In this document: positions 8,816-19,082 of the stretch, piece after piece
Layout: each line of letters begins with the position of its first letter
Position numbering within the stretch: position 1 is the stretch's first letter
Source: an uncultured bacterium
GTDB lineage: Bacteria; Verrucomicrobiota; Verrucomicrobiia; Limisphaerales; UBA11358
NCBI GenBank assembly: GCA_963708305.1
Contig: CAVPSH010000001.1
Location: forward strand, 864,191-928,190
Direction: 5' to 3'
Length of the DNA: 64,000 nucleotides
Translations under genes and position numbers: made by a program
Notes under the pieces: model-generated
Databases searched by the model: none
The model's input: the letters and a program-made list of their open reading frames with translations, nothing else
What the model was told of the DNA's origin: nothing

Positions 8816-10231
8816 ATGAAAACATCCACTCCCACCCTTGGCGTCATCATCGGCAATCGCGATTTCTTTCCCGATCAACTCATTACCGAAGCGCGGAAGG
8901 ATATCGTCAGTCTTTTTCAACAACGCGGCATCAAGCCCATCTGGGTTTCGCCGGATGAAACCAAACTCGGCGGTATCGAGACGCACGCCGATGCGCGCAA
9001 ATGCGCCGGTTTATTTAAACGTCACCGCGATGAGATTGACGGTGTGCTCGTGGTGCTGCCGAATTTCGGAGATGAAAAGGGCGTGGCCGACACGCTCAAA
9101 ATGTCCGGTTTAAACGTGCCGGTTTTGGTTCAGGGTTATCCCGATGATTTAAAACGGCTCGACGTCGCGCGCCGGCGCGATGCGTACTGCGGAAAAATTT
9201 CCGTGTGCAACAACCTCGTTCAGGCTGGCATCAAATTTTCCGTCACCGACAAACACGTCGTGCGACCGGCCGACGATTCGTTCATCGCGGATCTCGACCG
9301 GTTTCTGGCGGTCTGCCGCGTGGTGAACGGCTTGCGCGGATTGCGGTTGGGCGCGGTGGGTGCGCGGCCGGGCGCGTTCAACACGGTTCGTTATTCCGAA
9401 AAAATTCTCGAACGCCACGGCATCAGCGTCACCACGGTGGACCTGTCGGAAATTTTGGGCCAGGCGGAAAAGCTGGCCGCGAACGAAAAATCCGTCGCCG
9501 CCAAGCTCGCGGAAATCAAATCCTACGCGCCGAGCCAGGGGGTTCCCGATAAACCGCTCGAGCAGATGGCCAAGATGGGCGTCGTGCTGAACGACTGGAT
9601 GGCCGCCAACGCCCTCGATGCGACCGCCATTCAGTGCTGGACCTCCGTGCAGCAGAATTACGGCTGCAACATCTGCACGTTGATGAGCATGATGAGCGAG
9701 CGTTTCATGCCCAGCGCCTGCGAAGTGGATGTGACCGGCGCGCTCACGATGTACGCGATGCAGTTGGCCGGCAACACGCCCGCCGCCCTGGTGGATTGGA
9801 ACAACAATTACGCGGACGATGACGACAAGTGCGTTCTTTTCCATTGCGGCAACTGGGCGAAAACATTCCTGCCGGACATCAAAATCGCCACGGCGCCGAT
9901 CCTCGGCACAATCGTCGGCGAAGAAAACACCTACGGTGCGCTCGCGGGCCGCACGCCGGCCGGCCCGCTCACATACGGCCGGATTACCACGGCGGATGCG
10001 GAAGGAAAAATCCGTGCCTATGTCGGCGAAGGCGAACTCACCAACGATCCGCTCGAGACGTTCGGCACGCGCGCGGTTGCTCACGTGCCGAAATTGCAGA
10101 AGCTGATGCGATATGTCTGCCGGCAAGGTTTCGAGCATCACGTCGTGATGACGCAATCGAAGTCCGCAGGCATTCTGGCCGAGGCTTTCGGGAATTATCT
10201 CGGCTGGGAAATGTACGAGCACAAAAGTTAA
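8816..10231 (+). CDS. L-fucose/L-arabinose isomerase-like protein (COG2407-type)
   Basis: 471-aa ORF. The N-terminal LGVIIGNRDFFPD... and the overall length and composition fit the fucose-isomerase-like family. It is the first gene of a 4-gene same-strand cluster. Confidence 0.75.
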   Translation: MKTSTPTLGVIIGNRDFFPDQLITEARKDIVSLFQQRGIKPIWVSPDETKLGGIETHADARKCAGLFKRHRDEIDGVLVVLPNFGDEKGVADTLKMSGLNVPVLVQGYPDDLKRLDVARRRDAYCGKISVCNNLVQAGIKFSVTDKHVVRPADDSFIADLDRFLAVCRVVNGLRGLRLGAVGARPGAFNTVRYSEKILERHGISVTTVDLSEILGQAEKLAANEKSVAAKLAEIKSYAPSQGVPDKPLEQMAKMGVVLNDWMAANALDATAIQCWTSVQQNYGCNICTLMSMMSERFMPSACEVDVTGALTMYAMQLAGNTPAALVDWNNNYADDDDKCVLFHCGNWAKTFLPDIKIATAPILGTIVGEENTYGALAGRTPAGPLTYGRITTADAEGKIRAYVGEGELTNDPLETFGTRAVAHVPKLQKLMRYVCRQGFEHHVVMTQSKSAGILAEAFGNYLGWEMYEHKS

Positions 10232-10244
10232 ACCCGATATCCGA

Positions 10245-11084
10245 ATGACCGACCACGAACTCGAACTCAAATCCATCCAGCTCCGGCGCAGTTTGCTCCG
10301 GCACATTTATCATGCCGGCGCGGGCCACACCGGCGGCAGCCTTTCCTGCGTCGACATCCTGAACGTGCTCTACAACCGCATCCTCCGGGTTTCGCCGGAA
10401 ACGTTTGGCGATCCCCACCGCGACCGTTACATCCAGAGCAAGGGCCACTCGGTCGAGGCACTTTATGCGGTGCTGGCTGACCGCGGCTTTTTCCCGGAAT
10501 CGGAACTGGAAACCCTCTGCCGCTACCAGTCTCCCTTCGTCGGCCACCCGACCCGCAAAGTGCCGGGCATCGAAATGAACACCGGCGCGCTGGGCCACGG
10601 CTTGTCCATTTCCGTCGGCATGGCGTTGGCCGGGAAACTGGATGCCGCTCCTTACCGCGTCTTTACGCTGCTCGGCGACGGCGAGCTGGCCGAAGGATCA
10701 AACTGGGAAGCCGCGATGGCCGCCGCGCCATTACGAGCTCGACAATCTCACGGCCATCGTCGACCACAACACGCTCCAGATCACCGGCCGCACGCGCGAT
10801 GTGTGCAGCAACGAGCCGCTCGACGAAAAATTCCGCGCCTTCGGTTGGGCGGTCCGTGACGGTGAACGGCCATCGATTTCGCCGAGCTTACCGAAGCATT
10901 GAGCAAACCGGCTGAAACCGGCAAGCCGACCTGTGTCATCGCCAACACTGTCAAAGGCCGGGGCGTGAGCTTCATGGAAGACGTGGTCAAGTGGCATCAC
11001 GGCGTGCCGAGTGACGCGGATTTCGAGCGCGCCTTGAAGGAATTGGAAGCGGCCGGGAACCGGCTGAGGGAGGTCGCAGCATGA
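10245..11084 (+). pseudogene. transketolase N-terminal (TPP-binding) subunit, disrupted by frameshifts
   Basis: Three ORF pieces in frames 0/1/0: 10245..10859 (..AGAGHTGGSLS..GDGELAEGSNWEAAMAAA), 10642..10902 (HYELDNLTAIVDHNTLQITG...FGWAVRD) and 10899..11084 (..KPTCVIANTVKGRGVSFMED..WHHG). The expected VNGHD is readable only in the third frame at 10862-10873. Confidence 0.85.
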
Positions 11085-12085
11085 GCGCGCCGGCTCCTTC
11101 CCTGTTTTCACCCGCGGCAAAGGCAATGGCAGAAAAACTCGGCCTGAAAACAGGCCGCGCCAACCTCGATGAATTCGCCGCCACGTTGCTCGAGCTCGCG
11201 AAAGCCAACCGCAATATGGTTGCTGTCACCAGTGACTCGCGCGGTTCGGGAAAACTGGGTCCGTTTGGTGAGGCGCTGCCCAGGCAATTGATTGAGGTTG
11301 GCATCGCCGAACAAAACCTCGTCGGCATCACGGCCGGTCTGGCCGCAGCAGGCAAAAAGGCCTTTGGGGTTTCGCCGGCGTGTTTCCTGACGGCCCGTTC
11401 ATTGGAGCAGATCAAGAACGACGTTTGTTATTCGGACGTTCCCGCCGTGCTGGTCGGCATCAGCGCCGGTGTCAGTTACGGTGCGCTCGGCAGCACGCAC
11501 CATTCGCTGCACGACCTGGCGGCGTTGCGGGCGATTCACAACATCTCCATCATCGTTCCCGCGGACAATTTTGAAACCCGTGAAGCCATCCGCGCCGCCG
11601 CGCAAAGTGAGCAGCCGATGTTCATCCGATTCGGCAAGGCCGCAATGTATGGCCTGCACAAGCCGGATGCGAAATTCGAGACAGGAAAGGCGATTACGTT
11701 GCGCGAAGGCAAGGACGTGGCGTTCATTGCCACCGGTGAGACGGTGGTGCATTGCTTCCTTGCCGCGGCGAAACTGGCGGAACAGGGATTGAACTGCCGC
11801 GTTCTCAGCATGCACACGGTCAAACCACTGGATACCGAGGCGGTACTCCGCGCCGGTCGCGAGTGTCGCGCCATCGTAACCGTCGAGGAACACAGCGTTC
11901 ACGGCGGTCTGGGCGAAGGCTGCGCGGCCGTGTTGCTGCAGGCCGGTGTGTCGGTGCGCTTCCGCATCGTGGGCATTCCCGACGAGGACACCGTGACCGG
12001 CGCGCAGGCGGACATCTTTCGGCACTACGGCATTTCGATGGAAGGCCTGGCCGAGAAAGCAATGAACCTGGTGAAAGGAAAATGA
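11081..12085 (+). CDS. transketolase C-terminal (pyrimidine-binding) subunit
   Basis: LIEVGIAEQNLVGITAGLA...GSTHHSLHDLAALRAI...SMHTVKPLD. Its start overlaps the stop of the upstream subunit. Confidence 0.9.
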   Translation: MSAPAPSLFSPAAKAMAEKLGLKTGRANLDEFAATLLELAKANRNMVAVTSDSRGSGKLGPFGEALPRQLIEVGIAEQNLVGITAGLAAAGKKAFGVSPACFLTARSLEQIKNDVCYSDVPAVLVGISAGVSYGALGSTHHSLHDLAALRAIHNISIIVPADNFETREAIRAAAQSEQPMFIRFGKAAMYGLHKPDAKFETGKAITLREGKDVAFIATGETVVHCFLAAAKLAEQGLNCRVLSMHTVKPLDTEAVLRAGRECRAIVTVEEHSVHGGLGEGCAAVLLQAGVSVRFRIVGIPDEDTVTGAQADIFRHYGISMEGLAEKAMNLVKGK

Positions 12086-13560
12086 GCCTGGTGCTTGCCA
12101 TTGACCAAAGCACCTCGGCCACCAAGGCGGTGCTGTTCGATGCGCAAGGCAAGGTGTTGGACCGTGCGGCGCGCGATCATCGGCAGATTTATCCGCAGCC
12201 CGGCTGGGTCGAACACGATGCCGAAGAAATCTGGCAGAATCTTTTGACGGCGGTCCGGGAGATCGCCGGCCGGAATCGTGACCGGCTGGCGCAACTCGCC
12301 GGGGTGAGCATCACCAACCAGCGCGAAACCATTCTCGCGTTCGACCGCGCCACCGGCCGGCCGCTGCACCACGCCATCGTCTGGCAATGCCGCCGCGGCG
12401 AACCCATTTGTCAAAATCTCCGCGAACCGGGACAAGAGCGGATGGTTCGCGGGAAAACCGGGTTGAAAATTGACACCTATTTTTCGGCGTCAAAAATCAA
12501 GTGGCTGGTCCGGGAAAAGCCGGACATCGCAGCCAAAATCAAGAACGGCGAGGCTGTTGTGGGGACCATGGATGCCTATCTGGTGCATCGGTTGACCAGT
12601 GGGAAGGTTTTCGCCACAGACCATACCAATGCCAGCCGGACCCTGTTATTTGACATCAACCGGTTGCGTTGGGATGAGCAGTTGTGCGGACTTTTTGACG
12701 TGCCGTTGAGCGCACTGCCGGAAGTCCGTGAAAGCGTGGCTCAATTTGGCGAGACCGACCTGGACGGCATCCTGCCCCGCCGCGTGCCCATTTGCGGCGT
12801 CATGGGCGATTCGCAGGCTTCGCTGTTTGCGCAACGCTGTTATCAGCCGGGCATGGTCAAGGCGACGTTCGGCACGGGCACGTCCGTGTTGCTGAACATT
12901 GGCGGCAAATTCCGCCTGTCGGAGCGCGGTGCGGTTTCAGCGCTGGCCTGGGTCTGGCGCGGGCAACCCACTTACGCCCTCGAAGGCATCATCAATTTTT
13001 CGGCGGCGACGATTTCCTGGTTGAAGGATCAGCTTCACCTGATTCAAAGTTCGTCCGAAGCGGAGCAACTGGCCACCGCCGTGCCGGACAACGGCGGAGT
13101 GTATCTGGTACCGGCCTTTTCGGGGTTGAGCGCGCCGTATTGGAAACCGGAGGCGCGCGCCGCCATCATCGGCATGACCGCCCACACGCGCCGGGAACAC
13201 ATCGCCCGCGCGGCAGAGGAAGCGATTGCGTATCAAATCCGTGACGTGCTGGAAATGATGCGGGCGGACGCGCCGATCAAACTGCAGAACCTGTACGCCG
13301 ATGGCGGACCGACGCGCGACCAATTTCTCATGCAATTCACGGCGGATCTGGCGGAACTCGAACTGAACGTTTCGGAAGTCCCGGAATCTTCCGCCTGGGG
13401 CGCGGCGATGAGCGGGTTATTGGGGTTGGGAATCTGCGGTTCACTGGACGACCTGGCGGCATTGCCGCGTGACGTGCGGACCTATCAGCCGCGGATGGAC
13501 TCTGCCCAGGCCAAACGGCTTCACGACGGCTGGCTGGCGGCGGTGAGACGGACACTTTAG
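12082..13560 (+). CDS. FGGY-family carbohydrate kinase (glycerol-kinase-like)
   Basis: The ATG at 12082 overlaps the upstream stop (ATGA). The protein reads MSLVLAIDQSTSATKAVLFD..GWVEHDAEEIW..ITNQRET..GTGTS..ADGGPTRD. The 5' part of ORF 11752..13560 is an arginine-rich out-of-frame overlap artefact. Confidence 0.85.
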   Translation: MSLVLAIDQSTSATKAVLFDAQGKVLDRAARDHRQIYPQPGWVEHDAEEIWQNLLTAVREIAGRNRDRLAQLAGVSITNQRETILAFDRATGRPLHHAIVWQCRRGEPICQNLREPGQERMVRGKTGLKIDTYFSASKIKWLVREKPDIAAKIKNGEAVVGTMDAYLVHRLTSGKVFATDHTNASRTLLFDINRLRWDEQLCGLFDVPLSALPEVRESVAQFGETDLDGILPRRVPICGVMGDSQASLFAQRCYQPGMVKATFGTGTSVLLNIGGKFRLSERGAVSALAWVWRGQPTYALEGIINFSAATISWLKDQLHLIQSSSEAEQLATAVPDNGGVYLVPAFSGLSAPYWKPEARAAIIGMTAHTRREHIARAAEEAIAYQIRDVLEMMRADAPIKLQNLYADGGPTRDQFLMQFTADLAELELNVSEVPESSAWGAAMSGLLGLGICGSLDDLAALPRDVRTYQPRMDSAQAKRLHDGWLAAVRRTL

Positions 13561-13676
13561 CGTCGCCCCTTGGATTAAAGGCGTACTGGCGTTTTTCGTA
13601 AATGAATTGCCAGTTTTTATATCTTCCGTTTTTCGGATGTCCTTGTTTTGACTTCATCCAAACGTAATCATAACGC

Positions 13677-16004
13677 ATGACCCTAAGGCGCTCGCTTGGT
13701 TCGTTGTCGGTTTTTCTGCTGTTGACGCCGGCGGCGGTTGGCATTGCCCGGGGCGAAAAGATTCCGCCGCCGGTATTATGGTTCGTGCAACCGGCGGCGC
13801 AATGGACCGACGCCCTGCCCGTCGGCAATGGCCGGATGGGAGCCATGATTTTCGGCGGCGTTCCGGACGAGCGTATCCAGTTCAACGAGGACACCCTCTG
13901 GAAAGGTTATCCACATGATTACGCCCGCGCTGGCGCTCATGATCATCTGGCTGACATCCGCCAGCTTTTATTCGAGGGGAAGACCAGGGACGTTACCGAC
14001 ATCGTCCGGAAATACTTTCTCAGCGATCCCGTCCGACAAAAAGCCTATCAGCCCTTCGGGGATTTGCATTTCCATTTCATCGGCTACACCAACGCCACTG
14101 ACTACCGCCGCGAGTTGGACCTTGATTCCGCCATCGCCCAGGTCACCTATCGGGCCGACGGAGTAAATTACCGGCGCGACGTTTTCGCCAGCAATCCGGA
14201 CCAGGTCATCGTCCTGCGTTTGACTGCCGACCAACCTGGCCACATCAGCTTCACGCTCAACATGGACAGTCCGCAAACCGATTCCCGGACCCGGGCCATC
14301 TCGCCGGACACATTGGCGCTGAACGGGCAGGTTGAAACCGGCGGGCTGCGCTTCGAATCGCGGGTGCGCGTGGTCGCGGATGGCGGCCAAACCGGCACCA
14401 ACGGAAATACCCTTGCCGTCAGCAATGCCAATTCCGCCACCGTGCTTCTGGTGGCAGCCACCAGCTTCAAAAATTTCCAGGACATCAGTGGAAATCCCGA
14501 TGCCCGATGCACAGACGACATGGCCGCGCTCGACCATCGAAGCTATGAATCGCTGCTGGCCAGTCACCTGGCCGATTATCGCAACCTTTTCCGTCGCGTA
14601 ACTTTTAACCTCAGCCACACCGACCGGGCCGGGTTGCCGACGGACCAGCGTCTGGCGTCGGTGAAGACTTACGGTCTGGAGGGCGACCCGGCATTGGCTG
14701 CGCTGTATTTTCAATACGGCCGTTATCTGCTTATTTCCAGCAGCCGGCCCGGCGGGCAGCCGGCCAATCTGCAAGGCCTTTGGAACGAGGACCTCAATCC
14801 GCCGTGGGAATCCAAGTGGACGCTCAACATTAATTGCGAAATGAATTACTGGCCCGCCGAACTCGCCAACCTGGGCGAATGCGCCGGACCGCTGTTTAAC
14901 ATGATTGACGACCTGGTCATCAGCGGCGGTCGCACCGCCCGGGAGCAATACGGCTGCGGCGGCTGGGTCGTCCATCATAATACCGACCTTTGGCGCGGCA
15001 CCGCGCCCATCAACAACATTGACGGCGTCTGGCCGACCGGCGGCGCGTGGCTGTGTTATCATCTGTGGGAACATTATCTCTTCACCGGCGACAAGAAATT
15101 CCTTGCCCGCGCCTACCCGGACATGAAATCAGCGTCGCAATTTTTTGTGGATGACCTGATCAAAGACCCGAAAACCGGCTGGCGGGTCACCTCGCCTTCT
15201 TATTCGCCTGAACAAGGAACCCTGTGTTATGGCCCAACGATGGATAACCAACTGATTCGCGCCTTGTTCAACAACACCATGGCTGCTGCCAAAATTTTGG
15301 GAACCGACAAAGAGTTTGCGGACAACCTGGTCAAAGTGCGCGATCAACTGCCGCCGAATCAAGTCGGCAAGCACGGCCAGTTACAGGAGTGGATTGATGA
15401 CATTGACAAGCCGGGCAACAACCATCGCCATATGTCTCCGTTATGGGCGCTGTATCCGGGCGCAGACATCTCACCCGATAACCCCAAAATCTGGGATGCC
15501 GCCAAACTCCTGTTGAAATGGCGCGGCGACGGCAGTACCGGCTGGAGTTATGCGTGGCGCATCCCCTTGTGGGCACGCGTCGGTGATGCGGAGTTCGCCT
15601 GGCGGCAACTGGACCTGCTCTTCCAACGTCGAACCCTGCCCAATCTGTTTGACCTGTGCGGACCGTTTCAAATTGACGGCAACTTCGGCGCCACCGCCGG
15701 CATGATTGAAATGCTGCTGCAAAGCCAATGGACGGAAATGCACGACGGCCAGCCGGTGCGCATCGTCCAACTGCTGCCCGCGTTGCCGAGGGAATGGCCG
15801 ACCGGCTCGATCTCCGGCATCTGCGCCCGCGACGGATTCGTGGTGGACCTGGCCTGGGAGGATGGCCGGTTGACGCGCGCAGTCATCCACTCGAAGCTTG
15901 GCCAGCCCTGCCGGTTGCGCTACGGCGGGCATGAAGTTGAACTCAAGACCGAGACCGGTAAAACCTACGCGTTCGACGGACAATTGAAATCAATCGCTCC
16001 ATGA
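13677..16004 (+). CDS. GH95 alpha-L-fucosidase family glycoside hydrolase, secreted
   Basis: IQFNEDTLWKG, NINCEMNYWPAELANL and WSYAWRIPLWAR match the GH95 architecture. A signal peptide is present. Confidence 0.9.
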   Translation: MTLRRSLGSLSVFLLLTPAAVGIARGEKIPPPVLWFVQPAAQWTDALPVGNGRMGAMIFGGVPDERIQFNEDTLWKGYPHDYARAGAHDHLADIRQLLFEGKTRDVTDIVRKYFLSDPVRQKAYQPFGDLHFHFIGYTNATDYRRELDLDSAIAQVTYRADGVNYRRDVFASNPDQVIVLRLTADQPGHISFTLNMDSPQTDSRTRAISPDTLALNGQVETGGLRFESRVRVVADGGQTGTNGNTLAVSNANSATVLLVAATSFKNFQDISGNPDARCTDDMAALDHRSYESLLASHLADYRNLFRRVTFNLSHTDRAGLPTDQRLASVKTYGLEGDPALAALYFQYGRYLLISSSRPGGQPANLQGLWNEDLNPPWESKWTLNINCEMNYWPAELANLGECAGPLFNMIDDLVISGGRTAREQYGCGGWVVHHNTDLWRGTAPINNIDGVWPTGGAWLCYHLWEHYLFTGDKKFLARAYPDMKSASQFFVDDLIKDPKTGWRVTSPSYSPEQGTLCYGPTMDNQLIRALFNNTMAAAKILGTDKEFADNLVKVRDQLPPNQVGKHGQLQEWIDDIDKPGNNHRHMSPLWALYPGADISPDNPKIWDAAKLLLKWRGDGSTGWSYAWRIPLWARVGDAEFAWRQLDLLFQRRTLPNLFDLCGPFQIDGNFGATAGMIEMLLQSQWTEMHDGQPVRIVQLLPALPREWPTGSISGICARDGFVVDLAWEDGRLTRAVIHSKLGQPCRLRYGGHEVELKTETGKTYAFDGQLKSIAP

Positions 16005-16948
16005 ACCGCCGTCAGTTTTTCAAAACCGCCGCTGCCGGCGGCGTCGCCGGATGGTTTTCCTCCGGTGCCGGGTCGCGAGCCGCCGAAGCCGACAAAGTCG
16101 CAACGCCCGACAACACTCCGGCAGCGCCCGTCATTCCCCATTACCGCTACCCGATCGGCGTCTGTGACTGGATGATGCTCAAACGCCAGAAACCCGGCGC
16201 ATTCCCGCTGGCCAGGGAAATCGGGGCCGACGGTGTGGAAGTGGACATGGGCAGTCTCGGCAAGCGTGAAACCTTCGAAAACCATCTTGCCGATCCCCGG
16301 TTACGCCGGCAGTTCCTTGACACGGCGCGCCAGCTTGGGCTTGAAATCTGTTCACTGGCCATGTCCGGTTTTTATGCCCAGTCCTTCGCCGAGCGCCCCA
16401 CCGTGCCGCGCATGGTGCAGGACTGCATTGACACGATGACGGCGCTGAACGTGAAGATCGCATTCCTCCCGCTGGGCGTGCCGTGTGATCTGGTCAAACA
16501 TCCTGAACTGCGCCCTGCGGTCGTGGCGCGGCTGAAGGCCATCGCGTCCAGCGCTGAGGCGGCGGGCGTCGTCATCGGCATCGAAACCGCGCTGGCTGCC
16601 GCCGGCGAGGTGAAGTTGCTGACCGACATCGGCTCGCCCGCCATCCGCAGTTATTTCAACTTTTCCAACGCGGTGCAAAACGGGCGCGACTTGATTGCCG
16701 AATTGCGCACGCTTGGCCGTAATCGCATTTGCCAGATTCATTGCACCGACCAGGACGGCGTCTGGCTCCAGGACGACCCCAGGATTGACATGCGGAAGGT
16801 CAAACAAACACTGGACGACATGGGCTGGCGCGGCTGGCTGGTCATCGAACGCTCGCGCAGCGCCAAAGATCCGCACAATGTCAAATGGAACTTCAGTGCC
16901 AACGCTGCGTATTTGAAATCCGTTTTTCAGGCGAAACCGCTTTTATGA
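16001..16948 (+). CDS. xylose-isomerase-like TIM-barrel protein (sugar phosphate isomerase/epimerase family) with TAT signal
   Basis: MNRRQFFKTAAAGG is a twin-arginine motif. AP_endonuc_2-like segments are present (..GADGVEVDMG.., ..VVIGIETA.., ..WLVIE). Its start overlaps the GH95 stop (ATGA). Confidence 0.8.
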   Translation: MNRRQFFKTAAAGGVAGWFSSGAGSRAAEADKVATPDNTPAAPVIPHYRYPIGVCDWMMLKRQKPGAFPLAREIGADGVEVDMGSLGKRETFENHLADPRLRRQFLDTARQLGLEICSLAMSGFYAQSFAERPTVPRMVQDCIDTMTALNVKIAFLPLGVPCDLVKHPELRPAVVARLKAIASSAEAAGVVIGIETALAAAGEVKLLTDIGSPAIRSYFNFSNAVQNGRDLIAELRTLGRNRICQIHCTDQDGVWLQDDPRIDMRKVKQTLDDMGWRGWLVIERSRSAKDPHNVKWNFSANAAYLKSVFQAKPLL

Positions 16949-18189
16949 CCAAGTTCCCCCTGGCTCAGTTGGGAAAATTCCGGCTTGCCATGGCTGCGGG
17001 GCTTTGCGTGATCGCCATGGCCGTCAGTGCTGAGGCGAAGCTGCCCGCTCCGGAATACACCCAATGGCAAAGCCCGGTCACGAGGAAAGCCCTCGATTTG
17101 ACCATTCTCAAACCTGAAGGTTTCCGCAGCGACAAACCGTTGCCGATGATCATTTATCTCGAAAACCTTGCCGCCCCGCGCATGGGCACCGACAACGATC
17201 GGGCGATCATTCGTGATTTCCGCGCCCAGGGATATCTGGTCGTAATTCTGAATTATGCCCGGAATCCACTCGCTCGCGTACCGTTTCTCAATGATGATTT
17301 GTACCAGTTGCGCGAAGATTTATTTCATGGCCGGTTCCTGCCTCGATTCGAAATTGATCCGGCGCATATTTTTATTGTACCTGCCGGCAGCCGCTTGTTG
17401 CGCGATGTGGTGTTCTACCACGACCCGAACCGGACATTGGGCATGGACATCATTTATCCGGCGCATCCGGCGAAACCGGTCGCGGCCATCATGGAGTTTT
17501 CCTGCGACAATCTGAACCGCATGGGCAACGCTTCACTGGCGATTTGCAGCGACACGATGCTTGACGCCGAAGCCACCGAAGGTTTTGCCGTCGCCATGGC
17601 GGACCACCCGGTGGCTCCACCCTACGAAGGGCTGGATCCGATGCCCGACTGCGCCTGGAAGATCAAAGCCGCGGTCCGTACCCTGCGGGTGGAAGGCGCA
17701 AAGCTGGGAATGAGCGGAAACATCGCGGTCGCCGGTTTTTCGCGCGGCAGCGGGATGGCATTGATGCTCGTCACCACCGAGGCTCTGAAGGAGTTCGAGG
17801 GCCACGGTGAAAACCAGGGGGCCAGCAGCGGGGTGCAGGGTGCCGTCATCATGTCGGGACGTTTCACCTATCTCGACCTGCTCCCCACCGACCACATGCT
17901 GCCGCGTTATGCCAGGGCCTGGGGCGACCGGGACACGCACCTTGATTTCTGGCGTCGCGAGGGTGCGCTTGATTATCTGGACCACACCACCATCCCGCTC
18001 TTTTTAAGCATCAATTGCGCTGAAAGCCCGGACGCACTCCACCAGATGGTCGTCCTGCGCAAACGTCTGGCAGAACTCGGCAACGACGAAATCTTCATGC
18101 TGGACCCCCAGCCGCGCGGCCACAAAGTCCCGTTGGCGCCGGATATTTTGGCCGCCCTGGACCGTTACTTCAAAAAGCGGTTATACTGA
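16945..18189 (+). CDS. alpha/beta-hydrolase-fold esterase, secreted
   Basis: The ATG at 16945 overlaps the upstream stop. A signal peptide is present. The GFSRGSG nucleophile elbow has the G-x-S-x-G form. Confidence 0.7.
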   Translation: MTKFPLAQLGKFRLAMAAGLCVIAMAVSAEAKLPAPEYTQWQSPVTRKALDLTILKPEGFRSDKPLPMIIYLENLAAPRMGTDNDRAIIRDFRAQGYLVVILNYARNPLARVPFLNDDLYQLREDLFHGRFLPRFEIDPAHIFIVPAGSRLLRDVVFYHDPNRTLGMDIIYPAHPAKPVAAIMEFSCDNLNRMGNASLAICSDTMLDAEATEGFAVAMADHPVAPPYEGLDPMPDCAWKIKAAVRTLRVEGAKLGMSGNIAVAGFSRGSGMALMLVTTEALKEFEGHGENQGASSGVQGAVIMSGRFTYLDLLPTDHMLPRYARAWGDRDTHLDFWRREGALDYLDHTTIPLFLSINCAESPDALHQMVVLRKRLAELGNDEIFMLDPQPRGHKVPLAPDILAALDRYFKKRLY

Positions 18190-18205
18190 CGCGGGGGTTT
18201 TCCGC

Positions 18206-19051
18206 CTATCCTTTCAAATGCTGCCGGAATTCGGTTGGCGACATGCCGGTATGGCGGCGGAAGAAATGGCTGAAATAAAATTCGCTCGAAAAACTCAGTT
18301 GCGCCGCGACATCCTTGACGGACAAACGCTTGTCAGCCAGCAAGAGACGCGCCTGATCCAAACGCGCCTTCTGGATATGTTGATGGATCGTTCCCTGCCC
18401 ATCGTGCTGGAACAGCGCGCGCAGTCCCGAGTAACTGACCTTGCCGATGGAGGCGAGTTCTTTCGCCTTCCAGTCACGCAGGGGGTTGGCCGAGATGGCG
18501 TTGAGGACGCGCACCACCGGCGGAGACAGTTCCGCATGCGGTGAAGCCAGCAATTCCCGCGACATGAGCAGCCGTCCCAGCATCTCCGTAATCCGCAGGT
18601 GAACCTGCCACTCCCAGCCGGTGGGACGGCGGCGGACGAGACGGAGTAATTCACTTTGCATGCGGGTGGCCACCTGGAAATCGTCCACGGGAAACTCGGC
18701 ATTTTCTTCGTCGTGGAACTCCTCATGCCAGAACTCCAGGCCCGGCCCGCCGAAACGGAACCCGGTAATGGTCAGATGCCGTCCCGGGGCGGGGACGTAG
18801 GTGCGCGGTTTGGCCATGTCCACCAGCCAGATTTTTTTGCCGCGCTTCAACTCAAAGCGGCTCGAGCGGTATTCCAGTTCGCCCGCGCCTGACTGCACCC
18901 AGAACAAATGCGCCCCCGGTTTTTCAAAACGTTCATGACGATCCGCCTGTACGATGCGGCGGGAACCGATGGAGAAAAGATGCCACAACAACCGTCGCGC
19001 AATGGGTGACGGGTCCACGAAAACAAGGTTGTCCGACGAACCGGATAGCAT
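18206..19051 (-). CDS. AraC-family transcriptional regulator
   Basis: The C-terminal HTH reads LSVKDVAAQLSFSSEFYFSHFFRRHTGMSPTEFRQ, and the N-terminal domain is cupin-like. I chose the start at the internal ATG (19051); the ORF extends to 19111. Confidence 0.8.
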   Translation of the reverse strand: MLSGSSDNLVFVDPSPIARRLLWHLFSIGSRRIVQADRHERFEKPGAHLFWVQSGAGELEYRSSRFELKRGKKIWLVDMAKPRTYVPAPGRHLTITGFRFGGPGLEFWHEEFHDEENAEFPVDDFQVATRMQSELLRLVRRRPTGWEWQVHLRITEMLGRLLMSRELLASPHAELSPPVVRVLNAISANPLRDWKAKELASIGKVSYSGLRALFQHDGQGTIHQHIQKARLDQARLLLADKRLSVKDVAAQLSFSSEFYFSHFFRRHTGMSPTEFRQHLKG

Positions 19052-19082
19052 GGGCACAAGTCCCTTTCTACCAAACTGACCA

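Noticed and set aside
9149-10306. 385-aa ORF on the minus strand
   Set aside because: It is antisense to the well-supported fucose-isomerase-like gene and has a low-complexity Arg/His-rich translation.
11752-12081. 110-codon N-terminal extension of the kinase ORF (11752..13560)
   Set aside because: It overlaps the transketolase B-subunit gene out of frame and is Arg/Gly-rich. The family-typical N-terminus MSLVLAIDQSTS starts at 12082 with an ATGA overlap.
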